DNA of 64,000 bases, from the NCBI RefSeq assembly GCF_964204645.1, contig NC_134036.1, positions 124,001 to 188,000 of the forward strand, written 5' to 3'. Origin of the DNA: Tubulanus polymorphus. Taxonomy: Eukaryota; Animalia; Nemertea. The translations under genes and the position numbers were made by a program. Each line of letters starts with the position of its first letter. Positions within the stretch are counted from its first letter, which is position 1. Of this stretch, positions 13,501 to 27,115 are shown in pieces. The notes below the pieces were generated by a model, which saw only the letters and a program-made list of their open reading frames with translations, was not told where the DNA came from and did no database searches.

Positions 13501-13688
13501 TTTAGTGTTAACCGCGGATGCGCGATGATTTCAATCCACTTTCTAATCACCGCTAGTAACGGCTTGTTGCAGTCGCGAGGTTTCGGGATAATATGGAAGC
13601 TGATCGGCGACAGATGAATCGACTCGTTCGAGCGTCTATGATTCGTACAATTATGTACAATACACGAACACGTGTTGGACGTCTCCAT
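4600..13688 (-). CDS. THAP-domain, AT-hook, ZNF280/POGZ-family multi-C2H2 zinc-finger protein with acidic 10-aa repeat tail
   Basis: Exons about 13688-13449 (THAP: CIVHNC..FHIIP..W..ICSDHF), 13155-13015 (AVPSIF box), 12922-12779, 12058-11872, 11667-11344, 11257-11133, 10906-10840 (KRGRPP AT-hook), 10752-10241 (LDEYYYG), 9718-9548, 9243-9064 (HKPCEMPYVCQLCSFRSS), 8618-8375, 7844-7631, 7167-6992, 6909-6802, 6476-6411, 6287-6183, 6071-4600. All have GT-AG ends and phases were consistent where checked. Confidence 0.85.
4900..5515 (-). repeat. 30-bp coding minisatellite (DTDEVNEERP, about 20 units); about 18 units at 45560-46120
   Basis: Tandem ATCAGTGTCTGGCCTTTCCTCATTTACCTC. The ORFs differ by exactly 20 aa (450 vs 430). 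Confidence 0.97.
8148..8367. repeat. GA-rich microsatellite (intronic)
   Basis: Pure purine tract of GGAGAGAG variants. Confidence 0.95.
9782..10223. mobile_element. piggyBac-like non-autonomous element(s) in an intron (also about 40617-41058)
   Basis: TTAA-CCCCTTCCGTGCTG at the left end. GCACTGAAAGGG-TTGA right ends occur at about 10038 and 10223, with internally repeated CACCGCAGTGCGGTG palindromes. Confidence 0.5.
10500..10725 (-). repeat. Coding repeat (GTSSVERT/VPLTRTSS variants) in the zinc-finger gene
   Basis: Repeated CGCTCCA(C/G)ACTGGATGTCC units. Confidence 0.85.
12108..12732 (+). repeat. G-rich intronic repeat with GTTAGGG/GAGTGG units
   Basis: About 620 bp almost devoid of C, with many TTAGGG hexamers. 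Confidence 0.92.
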
Positions 13689-14109
13689 CTCGCACGATCA
13701 GATCGTCAATTCAACGTTCAACCATAAAATCTGCATTTCAAAAGAGAAAATTATCGTATTTCATAATATCTAATAATTCCATCAAAATTCTACAATTACA
13801 AAATTGAAATTTAATAACACAGACAGCAGCCACAACAGGTAACATTTGAGCGGAGTTAAATCGAGTCAATTTAACTGGATCAAAAATTCACTCAATATCA
13901 ATGATTATACAAAACTGAATAATGCTGCCTGGCAGCCTTCTTTATCTATAGATTTTCTCTGCACATATTTACGATTAGCTAGATCTACTTTATAGATTTC
14001 AGACAACTACTAAAAATAAACTACATTGCTTACTTATTTTTTCAAACATAATTAGCCCTATAAACCTGTAATTGGTGGCACTAATCTAAAAAAACATGAA
14101 CGATCTTCA

Positions 14110-14135
14110 GCCTGTAAAATGGCCGCCATCTTTGT
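14110..14135. promoter_or_regulatory. Overlapping YY1-type motifs (AAAATGGCCGCCATCTT) at the likely promoter/5' exon of the THAP-ZNF gene
   Basis: AAAATGGC and GCCATCTT on opposite strands, just upstream of a minus-strand donor (AA|GTAAGC, about 14030) and the acceptor at about 13731 that precedes the ATG. Confidence 0.5.
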
Positions 14136-15289
14136 TGTAACAACAGTAACTTTTTTTGGTTTTTCCTGCTTTTTTACCTCGAAATAAGCCGTGAAAATTC
14201 CTAAACAAGAAACTATTCATGCAGATTACTGATATAAAGGGGTCAACGTACCAATATCGGCCTATTTCCGGCACATTTCGCTGTTTAAATCGTCAAGCGG
14301 AACGGGTATCGTGACCCGACTCCCGCTGGTCCAGTTCCAGCAATTCAATTCAACTGAATACGGCCTAAACAACTCACTCGATACAGCGAAATATTTATGT
14401 AATCATTTAGTGCTGGCCATAATTTAAAGTCACGATTAATTATTTTGCATGCTTGTGTGATAATACACTTCAAACAGATGCCATGTTCATGGCGATTTCG
14501 ACGCTGAAAATATGGCGCAATAAAATCAAAATTGAATTGAAAGTTTCGAATCAAGATTTTTTCTTACTGTACTTATTGAGTTCCAAAAAGTATTTTCTTT
14601 CAATTCAACCATCGATTTTAAGCGTATAATAGTAGAATCTTCATGGAAAAGTTTTGATAGAATTAATTTCTTTTCACTGCGGAATTTTCAATTTACGGCA
14701 CATCTCATTATTTTCGACGATTTGAAATTATTTCTATTTCCGGTATAAAAGATTCTGGGGCGTTAAGCATTTTTTACGATTGCTTTACTTTCCGAAAAAA
14801 TTAATTATATATTTTGTGATTGACCGCGGCGCTATGATATTACGCAATCGCAGTATATGCCGCGGCGGGCTGAGACGCCAAAGATAGCATAAACACTGCA
14901 ACCTCCCGCGGCGTGGAGTGAATAGAAAATGAAAAACCAGTTGCCGGAGCATGGTCGGAACGTCGAAATGGTCTAATTATCATTAAAACGATTAATCTAC
15001 ACCAAATAAGTAAATTTTAAGCAACTGAAACTTTGCAAAAAATTGATTGTAATTGATTTTCTAATCGTTGATATAAATGATTATCCATCCAATGCGCTGG
15101 GGATAAGAAGGACTTCAATACTTCCAATGGTGATGATGGGATACCTGATACCTCAGATCTTTTATCTACTAAACACAGCTTACCTCGTGCTCAATCTCAT
15201 TTGGTCCAAACAGTCGAAGGGGATCTTGTTTTGAGGGGCTGAGTTTGTGTGGCAATTCCTCAGTGCATATCTCCAAATACTCACGCCCC

Positions 15290-15500
15290 AGAATAGTCTA
15301 GTAGGGGCCTACTACCATAGCCTAGGCCGTTCTCAAACATAGTCTGGTCTCCGACTAAACCAAGATAGTCAAACACAAACTGTTCCACCAAAGTTCAGGC
15401 ATTAAATCACGATAGTGAGCATCTTTCCTTATGACAGACGCACATTCAGAAACGCCGACCGTATAGAATTGAAATATTGAATCTTTTCTATCGTATCCAC
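15290..15500 (-). mobile_element. Possible degenerate LINE APE-endonuclease fragment
   Basis: Broken frames give AFLNVR... and DYLGL/SETRL, resembling APE motifs I and II. Confidence 0.25.
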
Positions 15501-16972
15501 CCAGAATGGAATCCACTGGAGATAAACCAGACATAAATAGAGATAAACCAGAGATAAACCAGACATAACTATAACAATTAATTCTTTAAACTGTCTCTTA
15601 ATTATTCACAACAAATTGTCACATTACAAGATTCAAACATTGGGTTAATTTAATTAAAAACATTATTACAGAGTTTGTTAAAACACGTCCAACTCAAGCG
15701 TATCTCGTTTCCAAACAATTTATCTTTCTTCAATTTACGCAGGAAGGAAATTTCAAACGATAAAATTATTGATTTCACGTGGATTTCATATCGATCAAAG
15801 TTTGTTTCGAAAAAGGAAAGTCTGGCTGATTATAAAGAGGCTACAGATTTCAATAAATGAATATTTAAACAATTTGAATTTGAATCCAAATAATCATCAA
15901 ATGAAATATCAAAATGAAGGGAACGATATTCGAAATTTATCTGATTCTTTTAAATGATAAATTTAACGAAAGCCCCTTGTACGAAATAAAATATTGAATT
16001 GATTTTAATCACGATTATTTTTCAATATCCAACACTTTCAAGACAAACGACAGTAACGGTTCAGTAGCCCCTTCCACTATTCTCCACTGTGGATATAAGC
16101 CAAACTTTCCACCAAACTTTTTACAAATAATTTCCACACGTCGCCCTCTATTGACCGACCAGAGAACCATCTCCATAGTAACGCCGTTCTTTTCGTGACA
16201 GTTTACAAGATTTTTTTTTATAAAACAACACCTAATGAAGAACTAGCGCGCGTACACGTGTGGTCTTAAATCGAGGCAGGCGCAAGCACCCTCTATTGAG
16301 TAAAGTTATAACTAGATGCCGGATGCGGTTTTTCGAAAGAGAAAATATTTCTTAAATAGTGAGCAAAAAACTATCACAGAATGAAATAAATATTATTTTT
16401 ACGTCGAGCCTAATTTATTTTTAGGCCGATTTCGTCAACTGTAATAAAACTCAAACCAAACAAAAACAATAACAAAAATCTAAGTCGTTTTTTAAAATGC
16501 TTAATAAATAAATATATATAGACTATTGCACCATCATCGTTTGAATCTATGTTTCTATCGTTTTAGCAAAAGTCATTTTTCACTGAACAAAGTTCTATAA
16601 GATACGGCGCCTAAATCTATCGGACATCTATCGGACATCTATCGGACATCTATAGACATCTATAGACATCTATCGGACATCAAACATTTCTAAAGTGTTT
16701 TAATAATGATAATGATTTTTGACAGGTTTCTATTTTGACTAGGTGCACTCCTAAAATATATATATATATATATAAGTAACCATTAACGACGGCTGCCTCG
16801 ATTCATGACCAAATTGAAGCTAATTTACATAGCTAGAGAAACACATAGTAAATACCACTATATATCACTATATATCAATTATTAATTAATTACTCTCATT
16901 AATTAATTACTCTCATTTAGACGATTAATTTAAGTTAATAATTAAATCAATTATTTTCAAACATACACGTAT

Positions 16973-19900
16973 TTAAACGATTATTTCACACATAACGTCT
17001 TCCTCTGATTGGCCGCCGTCTAATTCCCTTAGCAACGACGCTTCCGTACCACCGGTCTGTTGATCGTTGCTAGCGGCAACTGTAGCTATGTCGACTGATT
17101 GCTTGTGTAGTATATTAACGGCGGTTGTCTCGGTGATATCCTTCACGCTCGCACGGTGTACCAGACCGGTTTTATTACCATAGCAACAAAACAGCCAATC
17201 ATCTTCCAGTTCCTTAAGCACTAACATTATATCGTTCTTATTGAAGCTAAGTTGTTCGGTTACCCCGGCAACGTGGTAGCATAAACTCTGAACGTAACTG
17301 TCAACGAAAAAAAAAAGAGAAACAAAATCATATCGAATCGGCGCCATCTTTTCCGTATTGAATGAACTAAACGATACTCACCGTTTCGGAGCCGAGATTG
17401 ATTCGTCCATTCTCGGAATAGAGCGTAACTTATTACCGGCAGACGTCGTCTGTTTCTCCGTTTCACCACCAGGTGTCGTCACCGTCGTCGTCGGCTGCTG
17501 CTGCTGATCTAACAACAATTTGTCGAATACGTTTATCAAATTTTCTCCGATGCTCCAACGTTTCTGATCCGACAATCTCTCACCAGGTGGCAGCGTCGAT
17601 GAAATGTTCGGTTGCGACAGCGTTTTAGCTCCGAGGCTCGGGGTTTTCCCCGTCGTCGCTGCGGCGGCTGTTGCGTTGTTATCGAAACGATACTCGGTAA
17701 CGCCCTCTTTATAAACGGTTTTATCGTGCTCCGCTAGGTGGCGCGCTAGTTTCACTAACCACGTGTTAGTATCGAAGTCCTCGGCAACCGGCGTCGACGA
17801 CGAGTCGCTACCGTAAAGTTCGCTGTTTAATATCTGATTATTCTTGACGATTTTCTCCACGTTTTCTCCGCCGGTGTTCGTATTATTAGATAGTTTACTG
17901 TAATCGTTATTCTGAGGGAATATATCGCTGTTCTGTCCGATCGCCGCGAGATACATCGCCAAACCCTCCATATTCCCACCACCCATCGGAGCCGACACGT
18001 TGCTAGGCGACGCCGAGGAAGACTTGGAGAAGAAGTTCGCCAGCGAATAAACCGTTTCTATCGGCGGTAACGACCATCGATTGTTACTCGGTTGCCTAGC
18101 GACGGAATGAGGGGCGTATTCTTGTTGTAGTTTTTGACCGAGGTAATCCATGGCCGACTGTGATAATTGCGTTCCATTTTCGATCCATTCTCTCGCGTGT
18201 TGCACGTAACGCATTATGTCGTTATGGCGATCGATTTGTTCGACCCCCTCGTTTTGCATGCGACACTCGGCCTCCGAGCGATGCGGCCGCAGTTTCACGC
18301 CTTGCCCCTCCTCCGAGTCGGAGTCGTCCTCCTCCGACGCTTTGTTGCTTAGCGACGCGTTACGTACGAGTTTATATTCGAAGTTACATTCGATTTGAAA
18401 CGGAAGCGAAACGAGAGGTTTTACGATCTGCATCACTTCGTCGAACAAGTGCTGCCCCCTGTTGTTCGTTAGGATCATGAAGGCGTCGCCGTAGAAATGT
18501 TTACGCAACAATCGGTCCTGATTGTGAACCATTTTCATCCAATAAGGCAAAGTTTTCGCGCTGGAAATAAACGGACGAAAATTGATATTTGAGATCTCGG
18601 TATTTTCATGTATTTCGATGTATTTCAGTTTTGGATGTATTTTCATGTATTTCGATGTATTTCAGTTTTGAAAGTATTTTCATGTATTTCGATGTATTTC
18701 AGTTTTGGACGTATTTTCAATGTAACTTACTTCAATAAACCGAATATAAAAGCGTTGAATTTTGACAGAGTATTTCCCAGGTAAATTTGATGTTTCACTT
18801 CCTGTATGATATCGCTCAATCGTCGAGCAGAGGGACCTGCAACAATACAGACAGTTATAGTTATACATTCAAATCTAAGTCAATAACAACAAGAGAGTTG
18901 CTAAGAGGTTGGCTCAAGAAAACCGGCAGATGAATACCATAGCAACAATGAACTTATAATTGTCACTATGACAACTATCAACTGGTTAACTCTAACCAAC
19001 CTTTCAGCGACTGGAAAAAACTTACCGCTATCAATAGATTCCTCTATCAGTTTCCAGACGCTGTTTTTAAACTGGCCGAAAAAACTGTGAATTTTCGGTT
19101 TCAACCCGTCGCTAATCAGGTTAAAAACGGCCGGACAGAGGTGTTTTAGAACGAGTATTCCAACATCTGGAGAATCAGACGATCTTCCCAACTATAAATA
19201 CATCATTAAAATACAATATTAATACCCTGTAATTAAACACTGGAATTCACTCTGTTCGATTTTTACCTTCTCTTTATTAGCGCCGCCATTGTTAAAGTAA
19301 TTCACCAACACATCAACCGCGTGACTCAATTCTTTCACTAAAGCTGAAATATTATAAAACACCATTTATTTCTAAAAACATCCCTAAAACTCTCTTCATA
19401 GAGTAAATACACTCATTACCACAGTTATCAGTTCTTTCACTCAAAATGAGTTAATTTGCGATGTTTCAATTTTCAACTGAGGAACTGGATCCCGAAATGT
19501 GGAACTGAGTCCAGAACTGTGGAACTGGATTCTGAACTGTGGAACTGAATCAAGAACTATGGAACTGGATCCAGAATTGTGAAACTGTGTCCAAAACTGT
19601 GGAACTGGATACTGAACTGTGGAACTGGGTCCAGAACTGTGGAACATGGTAAATAAACTCACATTTTTTATTGATTAATTCCGTGTCAATGACCTCCTCT
19701 TCTCGGAAATTGTAAGATAAAACTCTAGTTGGTGACACGGTGAATTCCTGTGGAGGAGTTTCAGAACCGAACGCGCTATCCTCACTGGTATCTGACGGGT
19801 GACAATCATCTGTATATTCTACAATATCAATTATAAACATTAGTAACCGATGACAACAGTCAGTGACAGCGTGTGTCGGGGTGGTGTACGTACCGTGATT

Positions 19901-22900
19901 GTTGCAGCGGTTGTCATGGTGAAGCGGAGGTGGAGGAGGCAGTAATTTACTGGTCGATGGTTGTTTTTTAGGAGATGTTCTCGGACTGCTGTACGGTGAA
20001 TGATATCGAACTTCCTCCGCAAACTTCACCGATTTCTTATTCTTACGACCGTGGCAACAGTTACCGTGGAAACAAGGCATAAATGGTATGAAGCCATATG
20101 GAACCATGAATTGCGGTACGGTATGCTGACAGTAGGGGGCGACGCTACGGTCGTCGTAGTGAAACGCGTTTGGTCGCGTACGGTGATAATTACATTGTTG
20201 ATTGATGTCGTCACATGACCCAAATTCAGCTCGTTGACGACGAGATTTCGAGCGCGATCGATGAGCGATTCCGTGATCGTTTTCACGCCACTCGCTAGGG
20301 GGCGCTGAACTGTCGTCGGACGCCGTGATATCCATATCGGAATACGCGTGTGACATGTGATTATCGACCTGGTCGGTACATGTAGGTTTACCAGTAGGTG
20401 GCGCCATACACACCGGCGGTGTACTGTTACGTCTCGTACTCGGTTTAATACACGGTTTTAACGGCTTCTTGTTCGAACGTTGTTGTTGCGAATCCCGATT
20501 ACGGACGTCCTCTGAACTGCACCACGACGACGGACGACACCTCGCTGCGGCCGATACCGGACGACCGTTACAAGCGTGTCCCGGCGGCGGCGGTGGTGGA
20601 TAATCATACATATAGGGGGCGCTGGTGAGATTCTCGTAGGAACCGTAATAAACGGGATATGGTATAAACTGAGGAGGTGGATATCCGTGATGGGGACAAC
20701 ACGGAGCTCCGTAAGAATGATGATGATGAGGAGGATATCTATGATGCTGATGATGATGAGAAGAATGATTAGATGAATCGTTACTGATTTCCATCGCTGA
20801 TGAACCGGTAGAACTGATACCTGCGTCGCTAACCGCTCCGTCGCCGTCACTGTCATTGTTGTTGACGTTACGTTGTGCGTTCGTCACTTTCTTCTTAGTA
20901 CCGGTTCTGGTTGGTAGAGGGCGGTTGAGATTGGTTTTCTGCGGTGTAGTTGTATCCGAGTCGATACTGCTCCCGCTGTCGACCGCGTTACCTCCGACTG
21001 ATTGTATCTGTCTGTTCCTAGGTGGCGCTACTTTCACCGATGTACCGTCGATTCTGGGAGGTTTATCGGGAGGCGACGTCGCGAGGTTTTTATTTTCTAA
21101 CCGTCCACTCGCCGATCGGCTGCGATTGGTTGGAATATCTCCGTTGACGAGCTTACGACCTCTCGTATCCGAGCAACTCGACGACGACATCAGATCATTG
21201 TTGAGGAAACTCAAATCGGGCAGATTTCTGTTCAGATACATGAAACTGCTACTGAGAGGGCGCTGTCTCTGTAAATTAGATTCCGGTTTCGGTGGATGCA
21301 GATTTGTCGGCATACTCAGCCGTTTACTGCGTTTAGACAAATAGAACGCGCCCTCGGTATCGGGGTCTCGTCCGCGTGGTCGACGCAATACGACCTGCTC
21401 ACTCGCCGCAGCAGTCTCCTCCTCACTCGCCGCAGCAGCAGTCTCCTCCTCACTCGCCGCAGTCGGCTCATTGCTATTTAAATCGTTATGTAACGATGTC
21501 TGTAATGATTTCTGCGATTGTGAACCTCGTTTCAGCGAATCCGATGTTTGTATCGATTGGTCGATCGTGTTGTTAAGGGAGATTTGTCTATTGTTGCGAG
21601 TTACGCCGACGTCGAGCTCGTCTATATCTGTTTTATCGAGATTCCCGTTCGATGAACTGGGAGACATGTTTTTAGGCGATAACGAAGCTATGATCTCCTC
21701 TCTAAACGGGTTCGTTAGGGGTATATCTAACGGACTCTGTAGTAACGCGTCTGTTGTATTGGACTGGTTAAGCGAACTTTGACTGGTTACCGACACCGAT
21801 ATCGTTCCATCCGATTCGTTTTGTTTCCCCGTTTTAGTTTTAACCGTCGTCGCTTCGCACGAAAAGTTTGTTCGAATAAACGGCATCAGAGAGACCTCGG
21901 CAACCATCGCCGGGTTACGACAATCATCGGTAACCGGGTTACGATCCGGGGAACTGACATTCTTCCAACATATCTTACCACTAGGTGGCGCACTGGCGTA
22001 AGTAGTGAAACTGGCGAGGCTGGAGATGCTACGTTTCTGCGGAGAGGGCGTCCTCGACTCGAGGTTGTTGATCGCGTAGCTACAACTAGTCGTAGTGTTA
22101 CTGCTCGTACTGGTATCCGTGGATACGTCTAACAATGCCGACTGCGTTAACGAGCTGGTATTTGAATCGCGATGCATCGTGCGGCTACTCGCGACTGACG
22201 ACGTCAGACCGGATCTCGATAGTAACCCGTCATGTGACATCATCGACGTGATCCATTTCTGATATAGAGGAGACGGCAGGCGACACCTGGTGTCGTCGTT
22301 ATCAGTCGATTTCGCTCGACGGAATATCTCGTATAGCGTAAACGAATGACGTTTATTAGTTTTATCGTCGGTCGTCGCGGTTCCGTTAAACGTTCTCAGC
22401 TCAGGAACGTTCTCTTTATTCTCGGATAGCGATTGAGTTATAGTCGTACACGAGCTGCTCATTAAACTCGGAGCACTTTTCCATTTAATCGAAGACGACT
22501 CCGAATAAATCGATTCTTCTTTCTTCAAGAACTCTTTCATTTCGGTGACTTTCTGCCACGAGGTCAGCGGAACCGGTTTTTTCTTCACCTGTTGTCCCCA
22601 GGTCGTTAGAGTTTTACTCGCGCTGATGTCGTGATCCGACGCACTCTTACCGACCACGTTCTGTTTCAAGGTCGTAGTCGTAGCGACGACCTCCGGTTGC
22701 ATACAGCGTCGTTCGATCTGTTCGAAGTGATGTAAAGAATCATCAGTACTTCGATCCTCAGTGAAACTCATGTCTAACAACGATTTCTCCGGACAATGAA
22801 TCGTCGCTAGGTTACCGCGCATTTTCTCTAGTTCGGCGATGAGGAAACGTTCCTCGGCTTTCTGTATCTCTTCCATCAATCGATCCTCGGCCCCCTCCGA

Positions 22901-25838
22901 ATAACTCCCCGACGAATCCTCCGAATCTGTTTTTACCGTCGCGAACGTCATCAGCTGTTCGTCCGTCGTCGTCGCGGCGGCGGCCGTCTGCTCGTCGTTG
23001 CTAGGTAACGTATCCGTAGTCACGGAGACGCTGTGTAAATCGTTTTGAACGTTGTTCCAGCGTTTGAGTAGTTTATTAGAATGACGCTCGACGGAGACCT
23101 GAGCCAGACCGTCGTGGTAACTATACATCAGTTTATGCGCACAAGGTGGCGCTACTTGTACGCTATCGGACGCGGTCAGACGTTCCTCCATCAGTTTCTG
23201 ACAGCCGCAATCCTCCATACTCTCGTACGCGAACGAATCCGTTAAACTTTCCAGCGATGAATTCAGATTCGGTTGTAACTCGTCGAGTAAACCCGATTCG
23301 CAGTCGTTCTCCGTCTGCTCGTCCTCCGAGTCGCTGGCGCCACCTACGTTACCGTTCCACTCCTCGGCGACCGCCGCCACTCTACGTCTCACTCCGCTGT
23401 CGTTCGCGCTCCAACTCTCGCCGTCCACGGCCATCGCCGACATATCCGAGTCGTCGTGGCAACAATCGTCGCGGTTACTACAACAAGCGACTGTCTCATC
23501 GTCGCTTACGGTTTCATTGTCATCTCCTAGCAACGGTTCCTTCTCGTTAATCGCGTAATTCTTCAATGACACGTGTAACTGAACGGCAGCTTCTGATTGG
23601 TCGAATTCTCCTTCGGAATCGGAATGTAGTTCCCTAGCGACCAGGTTACCGGTATTGAACTTCTCGACTACGACGTCATCGTTTACCCATAATTCCTCAT
23701 CCTCTCCCTCGTCCTCGTCAAACTCACCGTCCGTTGATTTATTCGGGCTCCGATCGAACGACAGCATGTAATTCTCTTTCTTAGCGCAACAAGAATCCAA
23801 CTTAAAATTCTCCTCGGTCGTCAAGCTCGTCGTCAAGTCCGTACGGTCGAGACTATCGGTTGAGAGGTAGGTGGCGCCACGAGGGGTACTGTGTGTAGAT
23901 GAGAACAGCGCCGCGCTGCGAGAGCTGTGCGCGCTGTGAGTAGATGAGAACAGCGCCGCGCTGTGGTACGACTGGGGAGAATAAAGCTGTTCGTCTCTTA
24001 ACTCCGGTAAATCAGACATCTCGGCGGAGCTGGTCGGGTCGTATCCGCTCGATCGACCGCCCTGCGAACTCGTCATCTTCTCGCTCATACTCAACTCGAC
24101 GTCGCGGTAACCGTTCAATAAACACGTCTCAGATTTCGTCCTCAGTAACGTCATATCGTTGGCGCGGTCCTCGCCGTAGTCCGGTCGCGGTCCGTTCCCG
24201 CCTCCGTAGACCGCGAAGAACGACGATATATTCTCCGATTGAAACGTTTCCATGTCGATCGCGTCGTAATTAGACGAGAAATCGTCGTCATAGAAATACC
24301 CGCTGCTCGTCGACGCTTCCATTGTTGAAGAGTAAGATTTCGTTACCGGGACGACCGGATGCTGGTGGCATACGGGGCTACTGCTAGCTTCATCCCTCTC
24401 TTCGTTCTGCTGCATCATCTGTTTCTGCGGCGACCGAACCTATCACGAAATAAAATATCATCACGTTTCGATATATCGAACAATTAACGGTTAATACTCG
24501 AAATATAAAACATGATTTTTCACCTGAGAATATCAGAAATATCAACATAGTAATCCAGGACTCAGCGAGAGACTCAACGAGGACTCAGTGAGAGACTCAG
24601 TGAGAGACTCAGCGAGAGACTCAGTGAGAGACTCAACAAGGACTCAGTGAGAGACTCAGTGAGAGACTCAGTGAGAGACTCAGCGAGAGACTCAGCGAGA
24701 GACTCAGTGAGAGACTCAATGAGAGACTCAACTAGGACTCAGTGAGAGACTCAGTGAGAGACTCAGTGAGAGACTCAGTGAGAGACTCAATGAGAGACTC
24801 AGCTAGAGACTCAGCGAGAGACTCAGTGAGAGACTCAACGAGGACTCAGTGAGAGACTCAGTGAGAGACTCAATGAGAGACTCAGCTAGAGACTCAGCGA
24901 GAGACTCAACGAGGACTCAGTGAGAGACTCAGTGAGAGACTCAGTGAGAGACTCAGTGAGAGACTCAATGAGAGACTCAGTGAGAGACTCAGTCAGTAAG
25001 AGACTCTCTGTCTATGTCACACACTGTAATATTCTCTTGACTCAGTTCTGAGAAAGAACCTGGATTTACAACACATGACTCATACCGACACCGAGAACCG
25101 TCGTCCGGCAGCAGACGGATCTGAGCGCGAGACAGAGACCTCTTCAGATCAACACAAATAACATCAACAAAAAATAACGTTTCAACAATATAAAAACATA
25201 GTGACTAGCCGTTAAATATTAAACATTCTTTAACTGATTGTTTTACTGTGAATATCTCAGTCCAACGCATGGATATCAAACAGTAATAGTTGAGAGATAG
25301 AATGAGTGGTTTCTTTTTTTCTATTTGTAAATATCAATGATTAGTCATTTCATATCAATGATATCAGGTGTTTTTAAACATATCTGAAATTCTTTGCGCG
25401 CTGAGCACAGTTAAACAAACCGCAGGTGGTATGTACGTCCTATAAAAACCTGTTCATATAATCGCAATCTATTACATAGAGATATAGAAGTATTTCAACA
25501 TAATATTCATCAAATAATAAACTGGACCCCGGGTTCTATAGACTGAGTATCAAAGTCAACCCTAGGGGTAAATCATTAACCAGCATCGTAGTAACAATGA
25601 GAAACCATGGTATTAGCTGGTAGATTTTAAAATGTTCTCAGCTAGGATTATTTTGCCAGCACATCTCTGATCTTCGCCCCCCTCTCACCCCAAACACCTC
25701 CCCTCACTCCCCACTCCCCCCTCTCACCCCAAACACCTCCCCTGCTCTAGTATAAACAGTCAATGATTGACTATTGATTATTGTAGATTGTATGAATCTG
25801 GTTTCTCTGGGGATTGAGAAGCAAGAAGCAGCAGAAGC

Positions 25839-25870
<32 letters not shown>

Positions 25871-25871
25871 T

Positions 25872-25915
<44 letters not shown>

Positions 25916-25937
25916 CAGCAGTAGCAGCAGTAGCAGT

Positions 25938-25969
<32 letters not shown>

Positions 25970-25982
25970 CAGCAGTAGCAGT

Positions 25983-26018
<36 letters not shown>

Positions 26019-27115
26019 CAGTGGAATCTCTCATTACATTCCACATTTAACAACCAAACCACAACCATTCGATATTCAGAAATAAGCAAAGCATTCTACA
26101 CAGAATCAGCTGCGAGGAGAACTGGGAGTAGCGTGCTGTTTGAACTGTAGCGAGGAGTAGCTAGCTGTTTGAACTGTAGCGAGGAGTAGCTAGCTGTTTG
26201 AACTGTAGCGAGGAGTAGCTAGCTGTTTGAACTGTAGCGAGGAGTAGCTAGCTGTTTGAACTGTAGCGAGGAGTAGCTAGCTGTTTGAACTGTAGCGAGG
26301 AGTAGCTAGCTGTTTGAACTGTAGCGAGGAGTAGCTAGCTGTTTGAATTCATAATGAGGAGTGAAGCAAAGCAGAGGAGACACAAATACAATATATACAC
26401 GCACTGAGGATATTGAACTTCAACAGAGGATTCGAGGCCATTGAAATGATGCATGAAATTTGAGAAGGTTTTAGAAATTGAAGAAATGTCCCGAAATACC
26501 CGAGAATAAGGTAGCCTGCCTGTAGAATATAGCGGGCATAGTTCCAAATACCCGAGAATAAGGTAGCATGCCTGTAGAATATAGCGGGCATAGTTCCAAA
26601 TACCCGAGAATAAGGTAGCACGCCTGTAGAATATAGCGGGCATAGTTCCAAATACCTTTTGTCCGATAATAATGGTTAATGATAGTTAGTATTTATTTAC
26701 CAATAGAACGTAGCGCCGCCTATAGTTAGGATTTTTAGACGCGACGCGTCGTTGCCACCGGCGACCAGGTCTCAACAGCTACAACAATACACACATAATA
26801 AACCAACGCACGCGAAATATAAATAAACATCGAAAATAAAAATACGACAAAAATTAACGAAAAAATCACAAACAATAAATCAATAATAACTCAGCAGGAG
26901 ATGAGAACAGCATAGCGAGAAATAAACAGTTAATTGATTGATTAATTAATCAATTAATTATCTAATATGTTAATTACCTGATTTGAATATGGATTCGTCG
27001 TCGTCGTCGACGCTGACATGTTATCGTTGCAATCAGCGGCAACAATATCATCGGTCGCTGTACTCGTCGCTATCGGCAACCGCATCGTTCTTCCATTGTT
27101 GGACTGAACTTCCAT
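16973..27115 (-). CDS. RUSC2: RUN and SH3 domain-containing protein (RUSC1/RUSC2-iporin-like)
   Basis: RUN-domain exons 19343-19267, 19191-19026 (VLKHLCPAVFNLISDGLK..SVWKLIEE), 18836-18731 (KFNAFIFGLLN) and 18560-17382. SH3 exon 17297-16973 (LSFNKNDIMLV..DDWLFC..GLV). One 4.8-kb low-complexity exon 24439-19663. Probable upstream coding exons 27115-26978, about 26778-26701 and possibly about 25139-25086 are less certain. Confidence 0.82.
18598..18722. repeat. About 35-bp intronic tandem repeat
   Basis: TATTTTCATGTATTTCGATGTATTTCAGTTTTG, about 3.5 copies. Confidence 0.85.
19475..19648. repeat. About 20-bp tandem repeat related to the Harbinger MITE end
   Basis: AACTGTGGAACTGG(A/G)TCCAG, about 9 copies; same core as the TIR at about 43800. 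Confidence 0.85.
24559..25006. repeat. 12-bp minisatellite GACTCAGTGAGA
   Basis: About 36 tandem units with GACTCAACGAG variants. Confidence 0.95.
25826..26017. repeat. (GCA/GTA)n trinucleotide repeat
   Basis: About 64 triplets, intronic in the RUSC-like gene. Confidence 0.95.
26135..26347. repeat. 29-bp tandem repeat, about 7 copies
   Basis: GCTGTTTGAACTGTAGCGAGGAGTAGCTA. Confidence 0.95.
26494..26656. repeat. About 52-bp tandem repeat, 3 copies
   Basis: AAATACCCGAGAATAAGGTAGC..GCCTGTAGAATATAGCGGGCATAGTTCC. Confidence 0.9.

Noticed and set aside
19840-24273. Many short ORFs overlapping the 1622-aa ORF
   Set aside because: Alternative or antisense frames of the GC-richer large RUSC-like exon.
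25771-26085. PolyCys / polyAla ORFs (metallothionein-like look)
   Set aside because: Translations of an intronic (GCA/GTA)n microsatellite.
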